Source of the DNA: Rhabdothermincola salaria
Lineage (GTDB): Bacteria; Actinomycetota; Acidimicrobiia; Acidimicrobiales; Acidimicrobilacustridaceae
Reading direction: 5' to 3'
DNA length: 64,000 nucleotides
Assembly: GCF_021246445.1 (NCBI RefSeq)
Contig: NZ_JAJQXW010000001.1
Span: 496,001-560,000, forward strand
Position numbers and translations under genes: made by a program. The notes below the pieces were generated by a model. The model was not told the origin of the DNA. It did no database searches and worked only from the letters and a program-made list of their open reading frames with translations. Positions 19,093 to 28,777 of this stretch are shown one piece after another (positions within the stretch are counted from its first letter, which is position 1; each line of letters opens with the position of its first letter).

Positions 19093-20700
19093 TCAGGCGA
19101 TCTCGACGAGGTCGAGCATCTCGGCGCTGAAGTAGTCGAGCTGGCCCTCGGGCATCATCAGGCAGCGGTCGGGGGCCAGGTGGCGCACGAACTCGGCGTC
19201 GTGGCTGACCACGATCATGGTGCCCGGCCACGACGCCAGGGCCTGGCCGATGGCGGCGCGGCTCATGGGGTCGAGGTTGTTGGTGGGCTCGTCGAGGAGC
19301 AGCAGGTTGTGGCGCCCCGCCACCAGCTGGGCCAGTGCCAGCTTGGTCTTCTCGCCGCCCGACAACGTGGCCGCGTCCTGGAAGGCCTTGTCGCCCGACA
19401 GGCCGAACATGCCGATGAGGGCGCGCAGCATCTCGTCGCCGAGGCCGGCCTGGTCGCGCATGTGGTCGAGGAGTGAGCGTCCTCCCGTGATGCCCTCGTG
19501 CTCCTGGGCGTAGTAGCCGGGCTCGACCCGCAGTCCCAGCTCCACGTCACCGAGGTCGGGTTCGAGCTGCCCGGCGAGCACCTTGAGCAGGGTGGTCTTG
19601 CCGGCGCCGTTGAGGCCCATGATGAGGAGCCGCTCGCCTCGACCGACGTCGAAGCTGACGTCGGAGAACACGTCGAGGGCCCCGAAGCTCTTCCACACCT
19701 CTCGGGCGGTGATCACGGTGCGTCCGCACGACGGGGGTTCCGGGAAGCGCAGGTCGAGCGACCGTCGGGCGGACGGCCCGTCCACCCGGTGCTCCTCGAT
19801 GCGGGCCACCCGGCGGTCGAGGTTCTTGGCCACTCGGGCCCGCTTGGCCGTCTGGCCGCGCATCTTGTCGGCCTGGGCCGAGAGGCGCCGGATCTCGGAC
19901 TGCTGCTGTTCGGCCACCTTGGCCAGGCGCTCCTCGTCGGCGGCTCGGGACTTGAGGTACTGGGAGTAGGTGCCCTTGTACTCGACGATCTCGCCGACGG
20001 CCTCCTCTTCCTCTCGGTCGAGGTGCACGACGCGGGTGATGGCCTCGTCGAGCAGGTCGAGGTCGTGGCTGATGACCAACAGACCGCCGCGGTAGCCCCG
20101 GAGGAACCGCAGGAGCCAGTCGCGCGCGTCGGCGTCGAGGTGGTTGGTGGGTTCGTCGAGCAGCAACAGGTCGGAGCCGGCGAAGAGGATGCGGGCCAGC
20201 TCGAGGCGCCGGCGCTCGCCTCCGGAGAGGGCGCCCAGGGTGAGCTCGAGGCGGTCGGCAGCCAGGCCGAGGCCGTCGACGAAGCGGCGGGCCTCGGCTT
20301 CGGCGCTGTAGCCGCCGTCGTTCTCGAAGCGCTCCTGGGCGTCGGTGAACCGGATGATGTTGCGCTCGCTGGCGTCTTCCTCCATGGCGATGCGCAGCTT
20401 CTCGAGGCGCTCGGCGGCGGCGTCGAGGCCTCGGCCCGACAGGACGTGGGCCAGGCAGTTGGTGTCGTCGGGGACCGGCTCCTGGCGGGGGTCCTGGGAG
20501 AGGTAGCCGGTGGCCCCCTCGCGTCGGGCGGTTCCCGCCTTGGGGGGCACCGCCCCGCCGAGGACCTTGAACAGCGTGGTCTTACCGGCGCCGTTGCGGC
20601 CGACCAGGCCGACCTTGTCGCCGGCGCGCACCTGGAACGTGACGCCGTCGACGATGGTCTTGCCACCGATCTCGACCACCAGGTCCCGTACGTTCAACAC
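19093..20700 (-). CDS. ABC-F family ATP-binding protein
   Basis: Two NBDs (GRNGAGKT and GLNGAGKT; LSGGE twice; LLLDEPTN twice), interdomain linker, no TM segments. Confidence 0.92.
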   Translation of the reverse strand: MLNVRDLVVEIGGKTIVDGVTFQVRAGDKVGLVGRNGAGKTTLFKVLGGAVPPKAGTARREGATGYLSQDPRQEPVPDDTNCLAHVLSGRGLDAAAERLEKLRIAMEEDASERNIIRFTDAQERFENDGGYSAEAEARRFVDGLGLAADRLELTLGALSGGERRRLELARILFAGSDLLLLDEPTNHLDADARDWLLRFLRGYRGGLLVISHDLDLLDEAITRVVHLDREEEEAVGEIVEYKGTYSQYLKSRAADEERLAKVAEQQQSEIRRLSAQADKMRGQTAKRARVAKNLDRRVARIEEHRVDGPSARRSLDLRFPEPPSCGRTVITAREVWKSFGALDVFSDVSFDVGRGERLLIMGLNGAGKTTLLKVLAGQLEPDLGDVELGLRVEPGYYAQEHEGITGGRSLLDHMRDQAGLGDEMLRALIGMFGLSGDKAFQDAATLSGGEKTKLALAQLVAGRHNLLLLDEPTNNLDPMSRAAIGQALASWPGTMIVVSHDAEFVRHLAPDRCLMMPEGQLDYFSAEMLDLVEIA

Positions 20701-20917
20701 CCTCCAAGGATGCCAGCTGGGGTCTCCGGTCCCGACATGCGCCGTTCAGTGGCGCGATATTCACTCACCGTGGTAGATCTGAGGGCGGTTCGCGCTCGAT
20801 GTGGTCACCCGACGAATTTCCGCGCGAAGTGCTTCAGTTGACCGGAACGCGGGCCGAGAACACGGCATCCGAAAATGGTCCGAACGGACCATTCGCGCAT
20901 CAGCCAGGGAGCACCAC

Positions 20918-23260
20918 ATGGAGCCGACGCAGGAGGTGACCACCAAGCCTGCCTCGGCGCGCCTGTCGGTCGCCGTGCTCGTCGTGGGCACCACCTGGGT
21001 CGTCCTGCACGCCGTGGGCTGGCTCGATCCCGAGGCCAAGATCACCTTCGGCCTGCTGGGGCTCACCACCGCGGTGGCCACCGCCGTCGGCGTCTACCGC
21101 TGGAAGCCGGAGCCCCGGTGGCCCTGGCTCACCCTCCTGGCCGCCCAGATCCTGGCGCTCGTCGGTGGTGGGGTCCGGGCCCTGCTCGACACGCTCGGCG
21201 ACCTGAGCCCCGACCGGTCGCTCGTGCCCGACCTGTTGGCCCTTCCCGCCTACATCCTCCTGGCCGTCAGCCTGGCCGGCCTGGCCCGCTCCGCCCTGCG
21301 CAGCCGCGACGCCAACCTCGACGCCGTCCTCGACGCCGTCATCGCCTCGTTGGCCCTGCTCACCCTGGCCTGGGTGTACCTGGTCACCCCGGCCCTGGCC
21401 CAGGCCGACGCCCCGCTGTCGGTGCGCCTGGTGCTGGCGGCCTACCCGCCGGCGTCGATGTTCGTGGTGGCCATGGCCGCCCGCATGCTCTTCACGTCGG
21501 CCCGCAAGCCCCCGGTGGCCTTCCGGCTCGTCATGGCCTGCATGGTCGGGCTGCTCGTCGGCGACGTGCTCTACATGCTCGCCGACACCCGCCTGGCCGA
21601 GATCCCCACCACGATCCTCGATGTGCCCTACGCCATGGCCTACGTCGCCTTGGCCGCCGCGGTGCTGCACCCCTCGATCCGTCGGGTGTCCGAGCCGGTG
21701 AGCGCCGCCGACGACACCCCCCGCATCGGCCGCCTGGTCTTCGTGGCCGCCGCCCTCTCCATCCCGGTCATCGTGTTGCTGGTGCCGGCCGAGACCCTCG
21801 AGACCACCAGCGAGCGGGTCGTCGTGGGCGCCATCGTGTTGTTGCTCACCGGCGCCGCGTCCTGGCGGATGTTCCGGGCGCTGCGCCAGCAGGCCCGGGC
21901 CCAGGATCGCCTGGTGCACCAGGCCACCCACGACGTCCTCACCGGGCTGGGCAACCGCCTGTTCGTGGTCGAGCACCTGACCAAGGCCCTCGACGACGAC
22001 CGGCGCGGCTCCATCGCCGTGCTCGTCATCGACCTCGATCGCTTCAAGTTGGTCAACGACTCGATGGGTCACACCTTCGGTGACGAGCTGTTGTTGGCGG
22101 TGGCTCGCCGGCTCCTGGACAGCGTGCGCCCCGGCGACGTGGTCGCCCGCATCGGTGGTGACGAGTTCATGGTGGTGTTGCACGGGGTGCGTGACGAGTC
22201 CGCCGCTCGCGACGCGGCCGAGCGCACCCGCCTGAGCTTCAAGTACCCGTTGGCCGCCGGCGACGTGGAGATGACCGTGTCGGCCAGCGTCGGTGTGTCC
22301 TACGCCCCGCCCGGCTACCTGCCCGAGGCGGGGGCCGAGTCGCTCCTGCGCGACGCCGACACCGCCATGTCACGGGCCAAGGACGCCGGCCGCGACACCG
22401 TCTCGGTGTTCGACACCTCCATGCGCGAGCGGGTGGCCGAGCGCCTCACCCTCGAGCGCGAGCTGCGCCACGCGCTCGAGCGCGGCGAGCTCGAGGTCTA
22501 CTACCAGCCCAAGTTGCGCCTCTCGGACATGCGGGTGGTCGGCATGGAGGCCCTCCTGCGCTGGAACCACCCCGAGCGGGGCACGGTGCGTCCGGACCTG
22601 TTCATCCCCATCGCCGAGGACACCGGGATGATCGACGAGATCGGCCTGTGGGTACTCGATCAGGCCTGTGGCCACCTGGCCCGCCAGCGGGCCGGGCTGC
22701 GCCAGCCCGAGCTGCTCACCGTCAGCGTGAACCTGTCGGTGCGCCAGCTGCGCGACGACTCCCTGGTCGACAACGTGGCCCGCACCCTGCTGCGCCACGG
22801 GCTGCCCGGCAACGCCCTGTGCCTCGAGCTCACCGAGTCGATGTTCATGGAGAACCTCGATGGCATCCGCCGTCATCTCGAAGCGGTGCGGGCCTGCGGC
22901 GTGAAGATCTCCATCGACGACTTCGGCACCGGCTACTCGTCGCTGGCCTATCTGCGCAGCCTGGCCGTCGACGAGGTCAAGATCGACCGGGCCTTCGTGA
23001 GCGATCTGGACCCCCAGAGCGGTTCGGGCACCAGCGTGGTGGCCGCCGTGGTGGCGATCGCCAGCTCGATGGGCATCGCCACGGTGGCCGAGGGCATCGA
23101 GACCGAGGAGCAGGCCGACGTGCTGCGCGAGCTCGGCTGCACCGAGGGTCAGGGCTTCCTCTACTCCCGTCCGCTGCCCGCCGGTGAGGCGGTGGCGGTG
23201 ATGGAGGAGATCGGCCTGGCGGCCGGCACCCGCCTCCGGGTGGTGCCGCACTCGGCCTGA
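20918..23260 (+). CDS. Multi-TM sensor diguanylate cyclase/phosphodiesterase (GGDEF-EAL)
   Basis: About 9-10 TM helices, HDVLTGLGNR, RPGD I-site, intact GGDEF, MEALLRW, DDFGTGYSS, AEGIE, QGF. Confidence 0.92.
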   Translation: MEPTQEVTTKPASARLSVAVLVVGTTWVVLHAVGWLDPEAKITFGLLGLTTAVATAVGVYRWKPEPRWPWLTLLAAQILALVGGGVRALLDTLGDLSPDRSLVPDLLALPAYILLAVSLAGLARSALRSRDANLDAVLDAVIASLALLTLAWVYLVTPALAQADAPLSVRLVLAAYPPASMFVVAMAARMLFTSARKPPVAFRLVMACMVGLLVGDVLYMLADTRLAEIPTTILDVPYAMAYVALAAAVLHPSIRRVSEPVSAADDTPRIGRLVFVAAALSIPVIVLLVPAETLETTSERVVVGAIVLLLTGAASWRMFRALRQQARAQDRLVHQATHDVLTGLGNRLFVVEHLTKALDDDRRGSIAVLVIDLDRFKLVNDSMGHTFGDELLLAVARRLLDSVRPGDVVARIGGDEFMVVLHGVRDESAARDAAERTRLSFKYPLAAGDVEMTVSASVGVSYAPPGYLPEAGAESLLRDADTAMSRAKDAGRDTVSVFDTSMRERVAERLTLERELRHALERGELEVYYQPKLRLSDMRVVGMEALLRWNHPERGTVRPDLFIPIAEDTGMIDEIGLWVLDQACGHLARQRAGLRQPELLTVSVNLSVRQLRDDSLVDNVARTLLRHGLPGNALCLELTESMFMENLDGIRRHLEAVRACGVKISIDDFGTGYSSLAYLRSLAVDEVKIDRAFVSDLDPQSGSGTSVVAAVVAIASSMGIATVAEGIETEEQADVLRELGCTEGQGFLYSRPLPAGEAVAVMEEIGLAAGTRLRVVPHSA

Positions 23261-23293
23261 CGGTCCCGGCGCGGGTGGCGCGCCGGAGGGGGC

Positions 23294-24052
23294 TCAGCTG
23301 GCGGCGCGCACCCGACCGCTGTCGGCTTCCCACTCGGGGGCCGACACACCGGCTTCGAGGCCACGGCCGAGCCACAGCATCTCGTAGAGGTCGGGGTCGG
23401 TGAAGGCCAGCCGGGGTCCGAACTCCTGCATGTCGCAGTAGCAGGCGATGCTCGACGGCGACCCGAGGTAGCCCTTGGGCTCGAGCCCGGCGAAGGTCTG
23501 CCAGGCCCGGCCGCACACGGCCTGGATGAGGTCGAGGGCCACCAGGTCGAACACGGCGAGGCCGAGCTCCACCCCGCTCTTGGCGGCCAGGGTGATGACG
23601 CCTTGCACCAGGGCCAGGCTGATGAGGCCGTTGGTGGACGACTTGCGGTACTCGGGCATCACCGCGATGGTCGCCACGTCCCAGATGGTGCTGGGGTCGA
23701 CGTCGAGGCCCGAGCGGGCCAGCACGGCGTCGATGTCCTCGCCCCAGATGCGCTCGAGGTCGTTGAGGCTCTTGAAGCCGGCGGGGGAGTCGACGATGAG
23801 GCGGACCACGCCGGCGGGCAGCCGGCGGGGGTGGTCGAGGACGACGAGGAAGACCGACCCGGGCTCGTACTCGTCGTACTCCTCGCGCAGGAACTCCTCG
23901 GTCTCGCCGAAGAACTCGCCGAACACGGCTCGCTCGACGTGGCGACCGAGTTCGGAGCGGGGGTCCGACGCGGGGATGACGTAGAGGCCGAAGGGGGTGG
24001 CGCTGCGCCCTTCCTCTCGCATCACCGCCGAGGCCAGCTCCTGGAGGTCCAC
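23294..24052 (-). CDS. GNAT-fold acyltransferase, N-acyl amino acid synthase (FeeM)/LuxI-like (tentative)
   Basis: VERAVF...EYDEYEPGSVFLVV...AGVVRLI...WDVATIAVMPEYR fits the GNAT beta-strand/motif A layout. Confidence 0.6.
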   Translation of the reverse strand: MDLQELASAVMREEGRSATPFGLYVIPASDPRSELGRHVERAVFGEFFGETEEFLREEYDEYEPGSVFLVVLDHPRRLPAGVVRLIVDSPAGFKSLNDLERIWGEDIDAVLARSGLDVDPSTIWDVATIAVMPEYRKSSTNGLISLALVQGVITLAAKSGVELGLAVFDLVALDLIQAVCGRAWQTFAGLEPKGYLGSPSSIACYCDMQEFGPRLAFTDPDLYEMLWLGRGLEAGVSAPEWEADSGRVRAAS

Positions 24053-24055
24053 CGG

Positions 24056-24442
24056 TCAGAACCCCTTGGCCACGCAGCGGTTGGTGCGGAAGAAGTCGGC
24101 GGTGAAGTCGAGGGCCGCGGTGGGGTCGAAGGCCTTGCAGGTGTAGATGTCGACGCTGAAGAACTTGACCGGTTCCTCCCACGCGTAGAAGTGGGCGCCG
24201 GAGGTCTCCCAGTGGATCCAGCCGGCCCAGCCGTAGAGGTCGGAGCGGTGGGTGGCGGGCTCCATGAGGGCCGTCATGTCGATGACGCCGGAGAGCTGCG
24301 ACAGGTAGCTGGAGATCTCCTCGGCGGAGATGAGGTGGTCGACCTGGCCTTCGATGACGAGGCGCTGGCGATGGATCATGGGCGCCAGGTCGGGGAGCTC
24401 GGCGGGGTCCAGGACGAGCTGGGGGCTTCGTACGTCGATCAC
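24056..24442 (-). CDS. Pyruvoyl-dependent S-adenosylmethionine decarboxylase-like proenzyme
   Basis: 128 aa; GWIHWETSGAHFYAWE aligns with the AdoMetDC self-cleavage segment, plus SVDIYTCKAFDP...F at the C-terminus; GAGGA RBS. Confidence 0.75.
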   Translation of the reverse strand: MIDVRSPQLVLDPAELPDLAPMIHRQRLVIEGQVDHLISAEEISSYLSQLSGVIDMTALMEPATHRSDLYGWAGWIHWETSGAHFYAWEEPVKFFSVDIYTCKAFDPTAALDFTADFFRTNRCVAKGF

Positions 24443-24677
24443 GCTGAGGGGTCCTCATCGGGCCAGGTGGACGCACGGCGCGTCACACGATCGGGACTCC
24501 ACCCGCCGCAGAGTATGGAGGGCGCGGCCCGCCGAGGGAAAGGATCTGCGGCGGATTTCACGCCTTCCGAGCGGATTTCGTCCCGAGTGCGGACGCACCG
24601 TGGCGACAGCCTCACGCTACGTGTGTGTGATCGGTGCATCGGGGTGGGACTGCCCGGACGGGGTAAGGCTGTCGGAC

Positions 24678-25718
24678 ATGGACGCCATCACCATCGAACC
24701 GGGTCGATCGAACAGCGTGCGCCTCGAGCCGGTGCCCGAACCCGGCCCGGAGCAGGGCCCCATCGTGGTGGAGAGCATCGCCACCGGGGTCTGCGGCACC
24801 GATGCCGAGATCGTGGCCGGGGAGTACGGCGAGGCCCCCGAGGGCGAGGGCCGCCTGGTGCTCGGCCACGAGTCGTTGGGGCGCGTCGTCGACCCGGGCC
24901 CCTACGGCGGGTTCGAGGTCGGCGACCTGGTGGTGGGCGTGGTGCGCCGCCCCGACCCGGTGCCGTGCCGCAGCTGTGCGGTGGGGGAGTCGGACATGTG
25001 CCGCAACGGGCGCTTCACCGAGCGGGGCATCAAGGGTCGCCACGGCTTCATGGCCGAGCGGTGGGGCATCGAACCCGAGCACGCCGTGCGGGTGAGCCCC
25101 GCTCTGGGGGCGCTCGGCGTGCTGATGGAGCCGGCGTCGGTGGTGGCCAAGGCGTGGGAGCAGGTCGACCGGGTCGGCGACCGGGCGTTCTGGGAGCCGC
25201 GCACGGTGCTGGTGACCGGGACCGGGCCGATCGGCCTGCTGGCCGCCCTGATCGGGTGCCAGCGGGGCCTCGACGTGGTCGTGCTGGGCCGCCACGACAC
25301 CGGTCCCAAGGCCGACCTGGTGACGGGCCTGGGGGCCCGGCTCGTGTTCGACATCGACGAGCTCGACGACGATCCGGACGTGGTGGTCGAGGCCACCGGT
25401 GCGGGCACGGTGATCGCCGGAGCCCTCGATCGGGTGGCGCCGGGCGGGGTGGTGTGCCTCACCGGCCTGGGCGGTGACGGGCACCGGCCCCGGTCGACCC
25501 TCGCCGAGCTGGCCACCCAGCTGGTGCTCGACAACACGGTGGTGGTCGGCTCGGTGAACGCCAACCGACGCCACTTCGTCAAGGCCCACGACGTGTTGTG
25601 CGCCGCCGACCAGGACTGGCTGGCGGGGCTGATCACCCGTCGCATGAGCCCGACCGAGGCGGTCGACGCCCTGCGCGAGGGCGGCGACGACGTGAAGGCC
25701 GTCGTCGACTGGACCTGA
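24678..25718 (+). CDS. Zinc-dependent glucose 1-dehydrogenase (MDR family)
   Basis: GVCGTD, LGHE, CRSC...DMC, ERGIKG, GTGPIG, GSVNANRRH. Confidence 0.88.
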   Translation: MDAITIEPGRSNSVRLEPVPEPGPEQGPIVVESIATGVCGTDAEIVAGEYGEAPEGEGRLVLGHESLGRVVDPGPYGGFEVGDLVVGVVRRPDPVPCRSCAVGESDMCRNGRFTERGIKGRHGFMAERWGIEPEHAVRVSPALGALGVLMEPASVVAKAWEQVDRVGDRAFWEPRTVLVTGTGPIGLLAALIGCQRGLDVVVLGRHDTGPKADLVTGLGARLVFDIDELDDDPDVVVEATGAGTVIAGALDRVAPGGVVCLTGLGGDGHRPRSTLAELATQLVLDNTVVVGSVNANRRHFVKAHDVLCAADQDWLAGLITRRMSPTEAVDALREGGDDVKAVVDWT

Positions 25719-25838
25719 AGCCGGGCGCCCCGCCCACGACCGGAGCTGATGCCGGGCGCGCCACGGGCGGGACCCGGTGGCGGGTCCCGCCCGTGTGCCG
25801 GGGGGGGGATGGCGTTGTGGCGCGTGGCGCCCGGTGCG

Positions 25839-26006
25839 TCAGCGACGCCCGGCGAGAGCCCGCTCGAGCTCGGTCTTCGACATCTTCGAGCGGCCGGGGA
25901 TCTTGCGGCGCTTGGCCTCGTCGTAGAGCTGGTCGTAGGTGGGGCCGTCGTCCTGAGAGCTTGGTGCCAAGGAGCTGGGGCGGGTGGCGATCTTGGTCAT
26001 GGGCAT
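25839..26006 (-). CDS. Small Rho-N-like/stress protein (55 aa; not in the ORF track)
   Basis: MPMTKIATRPSSLAPSSQDDGPTYDQLYDEAKRRKIPGRSKMSKTELERALAGRR; GGAGGAG RBS; LYDEAK..I.GRSKM.K.EL motif. Confidence 0.75.
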   Translation of the reverse strand: MPMTKIATRPSSLAPSSQDDGPTYDQLYDEAKRRKIPGRSKMSKTELERALAGRR

Positions 26007-26109
26007 GGGGTGGGTTCTCCTCCGATGCGAGACGACGGGGTAGCCGTGCTCCTACCCACTGCGTCGCTGGGCAGACGTGGTGTCGTGGCGAAGCGGTCGC
26101 GTGGCGGCG

Positions 26110-26373
26110 TCAGGACGCCACGTCCTCGCCCGGCTGGGGCACGACCGGCGAGGGCTCGGGTCGCGGATCGATGGGCGAGGGCTCCTCCGGAGGGACCACC
26201 GGGCCGGGTTCGGCCGGGCCCGGCGGGGAGGGGACCACCGGGTCCCCCGGAGTGGGCTCGGGGAGGATCGGCGACGGCTCGTGCCCGGGCAGGATGGGAC
26301 TGGGGTCGGTGGTGGTGGCCCGGGGGCGGCTGGGCGATCCCGCGGGGAGCGGCGCGTGCTGTGTGTGTCGCAT
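26110..26373 (-). CDS. Proline-rich small hypothetical protein
   Basis: Repeated PSPI(L/D)P and PVVP units; GGGTAG just upstream of the start. Confidence 0.45.
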   Translation of the reverse strand: MRHTQHAPLPAGSPSRPRATTTDPSPILPGHEPSPILPEPTPGDPVVPSPPGPAEPGPVVPPEEPSPIDPRPEPSPVVPQPGEDVAS

Positions 26374-26542
26374 GGCCGCGTCCTACCCGAGAGCGCCCAC
26401 CGCTACCCATGGGCGACCGCTCTCGGCCGGATGCTCGGCCGGATGGAGGTCTACGGACCAGCGTCCGGGGGTAGACGCCCCGTCGAGCCGGCCTGCGCGT
26501 CTGCGGCGCGCACCGGACGTCCCGCCGAACGAAGGAGCAGCG

Positions 26543-26743
26543 ATGCCCGACAACGCCGACACCACGCCCGAGACCCAGAGCGCCGACGAGGCCGACGCCG
26601 AGGCGACGCACAAGGCCGATCGCATGCCCACCCCCGAAGAGGAGCGGCTCGCCGAGAGCCAGGAGCTCGATCCCGAGGTGGCCGAGTCCTACAAGGAAGC
26701 GGCCGAGCGCGGTGCCAACGTCAAGGGCGAAGGCGAGATCTGA
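26543..26743 (+). CDS. Small acidic hypothetical protein
   Basis: GAAGGAG RBS; MPDNADTTPET...ADRMPTPEEERLAE...GANVKGEGEI. Confidence 0.75.
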   Translation: MPDNADTTPETQSADEADAEATHKADRMPTPEEERLAESQELDPEVAESYKEAAERGANVKGEGEI

Positions 26744-26825
26744 GTGGGCCGTCGCATGGTGGCAGACCGTCTCCACCCGGTGGGCGTCAGCGCCCCGACG
26801 CCGGGCTCGTCGGTAGGGTGGCACG

Positions 26826-27152
26826 GTGTCCGCTGATCTCGATCAACCGCTCAAGATCGTCGTCTCCTCCGAGGGTGACACCGTCGTGGTGTCGCTCACC
26901 GGGGAGCTCGACCCCCACACCGTGCCGATGCTGGCCGACGAGCTCGATGACGCCATCGACGGCGGCGCCACCTCGGTGGCCCTCGACCTGTCGGGGCTCA
27001 CGTTCATCGATTCGTCGGGCCTCCGGGTGGTGATCGCCACCCACCGGCGCCTCGAGGAGTCCGGTGGCCGCTTGGTGCTGCGAGCCCCGAGCGACACCGT
27101 TCGCCGCCTGCTGGAGCTCACGGGCCTGCTCGGCCACATCGACATCGTCTGA
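26826..27152 (+). CDS. STAS-domain anti-anti-sigma factor (RsbV-like)
   Basis: GELD...LDLSGLTFIDSSGL with the phosphorylatable Ser. Confidence 0.9.
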   Translation: MSADLDQPLKIVVSSEGDTVVVSLTGELDPHTVPMLADELDDAIDGGATSVALDLSGLTFIDSSGLRVVIATHRRLEESGGRLVLRAPSDTVRRLLELTGLLGHIDIV

Positions 27153-27331
27153 CGTACCGATCCGATCAGCATCGCCCAGGGGTGTCCGCCCCCGGGCGAT
27201 GCTGCGTCCGGCACCGGCTCGCGTGCCCACCACCCGTTGCCGCATCCGGTGTCGCCCACCAACCCAACGACCAGCCCTGCGCCGGCCGGCTCCCGCCGCC
27301 GGTGACCGCCGCCGCCCGAGGAGCCCCCGCC

Positions 27332-27718
27332 ATGACCGACGCCGAGTCACGACCGGTCCGTCTCACGTTTCCCGCCGAGGCCCGCAACCTGCGGATCGCT
27401 CGTCTCACCGCGGCCGGTGTCGCCGGTGAGGCCGGCTTCTCGCTCGACGCGATCGAGGACCTGCGGGTGGCGGTCGACGAGCTGTGCGCCGTGCTCGTCG
27501 ACGGCGCCGGGCCCGACGCCGACGCCACCGTCACCTACCGGGTCGTCGGCGACCAGGTGGTCGTCGAGGGGGAGTGCCAGAACGGCGCGGCCGACGCCGA
27601 CCTGCACTCCGTCGCCCGTGAGCTGCTGAAGATGACGACCGACGACTACACCGTGGCCAAGGCCGGCGATCGCGTCTCGTTCCGCATGGTCAAGCAGCGC
27701 CACGCCACGTCGGTGTGA
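27332..27718 (+). CDS. Anti-sigma factor (RsbW-like)
   Basis: LTFPAEARNLRIARL...IEDLRVAVDELC; GAGGAG RBS; coupled to the sigma gene. Confidence 0.8.
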   Translation: MTDAESRPVRLTFPAEARNLRIARLTAAGVAGEAGFSLDAIEDLRVAVDELCAVLVDGAGPDADATVTYRVVGDQVVVEGECQNGAADADLHSVARELLKMTTDDYTVAKAGDRVSFRMVKQRHATSV

Positions 27719-28494
27719 TGATGGCCGAGACCCAGGATCCGCCGATCGCCGAGTGGTTCGTCGAGTTCCGGCGCACTCGCGACCGCCGCCTGCGCAACAA
27801 GCTCGTCGAGCACCACATGCGTGTCGTCGAGTACTCCGTGCGCCGCTACTCGAACCGGGGGGTCCCCACCGAGGACCTGCGCCAGGTCGGGCTCATGGCG
27901 GTGGTCAACGCCGTCGACCGCTTCGACCCCGAGGTCGGGGTGGCCTTCTCCACCTTCGCCAGCCGCACCATCGAGGGCGAACTCAAGCGGTACTTCCGGG
28001 ACAAGACCTGGTCGGTGCGCCCGCCGCGCCGGGCCCAGGAGCTGCACCTCGACCTGCGGCGCACCGACGAGGAGCTCACCCACGCCCTCGGCCGGTCTCC
28101 CACCGTCGCCGAACTGGCCGACGCGCTCGACGTGAGCGAGGACCACGTCCTCGAAGCGCTCGAGGCGGGCACCGCCCACCAGGCGGCCAGCCTCGACCAG
28201 CCCGCACCGGGCGGAGACGACGAGGGGGCCACCCGTGGCGAGCGTCTGCTCGGCGAGGTCGACGGTGGCTTCGGTCGGGTCGACCGCGAGATGATCATCC
28301 GCGAGCTGGTGGCAGGGCTGCCCGAGCGGGAGCGCACGATCATCTTCCTGCGCTTCTTCGAGGGCAAGACCCAGCCCGAGATCGCCGAGATGGTCGGCGT
28401 GAGCCAGTCGTACCTCTCGCGCATCCTGCGGCGCACGCTGCTCGAGCTGAAGGATCGCCTGGGCGACCTCCCCCTCTACGACGAGGGGCTGTAG
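27715..28494 (+). CDS. SigB/SigF/SigG-family sigma factor
   Basis: EDLRQVG...AVDRFDP...FSTFASRTIEGELKRYFRD, GRSPTVAELA, region 4 TQPEIAEMVGVSQ. Confidence 0.93.
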   Translation: MMMAETQDPPIAEWFVEFRRTRDRRLRNKLVEHHMRVVEYSVRRYSNRGVPTEDLRQVGLMAVVNAVDRFDPEVGVAFSTFASRTIEGELKRYFRDKTWSVRPPRRAQELHLDLRRTDEELTHALGRSPTVAELADALDVSEDHVLEALEAGTAHQAASLDQPAPGGDDEGATRGERLLGEVDGGFGRVDREMIIRELVAGLPERERTIIFLRFFEGKTQPEIAEMVGVSQSYLSRILRRTLLELKDRLGDLPLYDEGL

Positions 28495-28777
28495 GACCCC
28501 AGGGTCTCTCTGGCGGCCACGGGCGTGGCCGGGGGCGGTGGATGGGGGCGTTGGTGCGTTCGTTCGGCCTTCGGGGCGGGGCGTTCGGTGCCGCGGGTGG
28601 AACGTCGGGCGCGCCACTGGCCCGCACACCCAGCTCGTCGAGCGGGAAGTGCGGGCCAGTGTGGTGGTGGCGGCAGGCGTGGTGTGGCGGTCATCAGTGA
28701 TGGACCGGCGGGGCCTCGGCCGATCGACCGGCGGCGGTCCAGCGGTGTCGAGCGGCGGCGGCTCGACGCGGTGCGGC

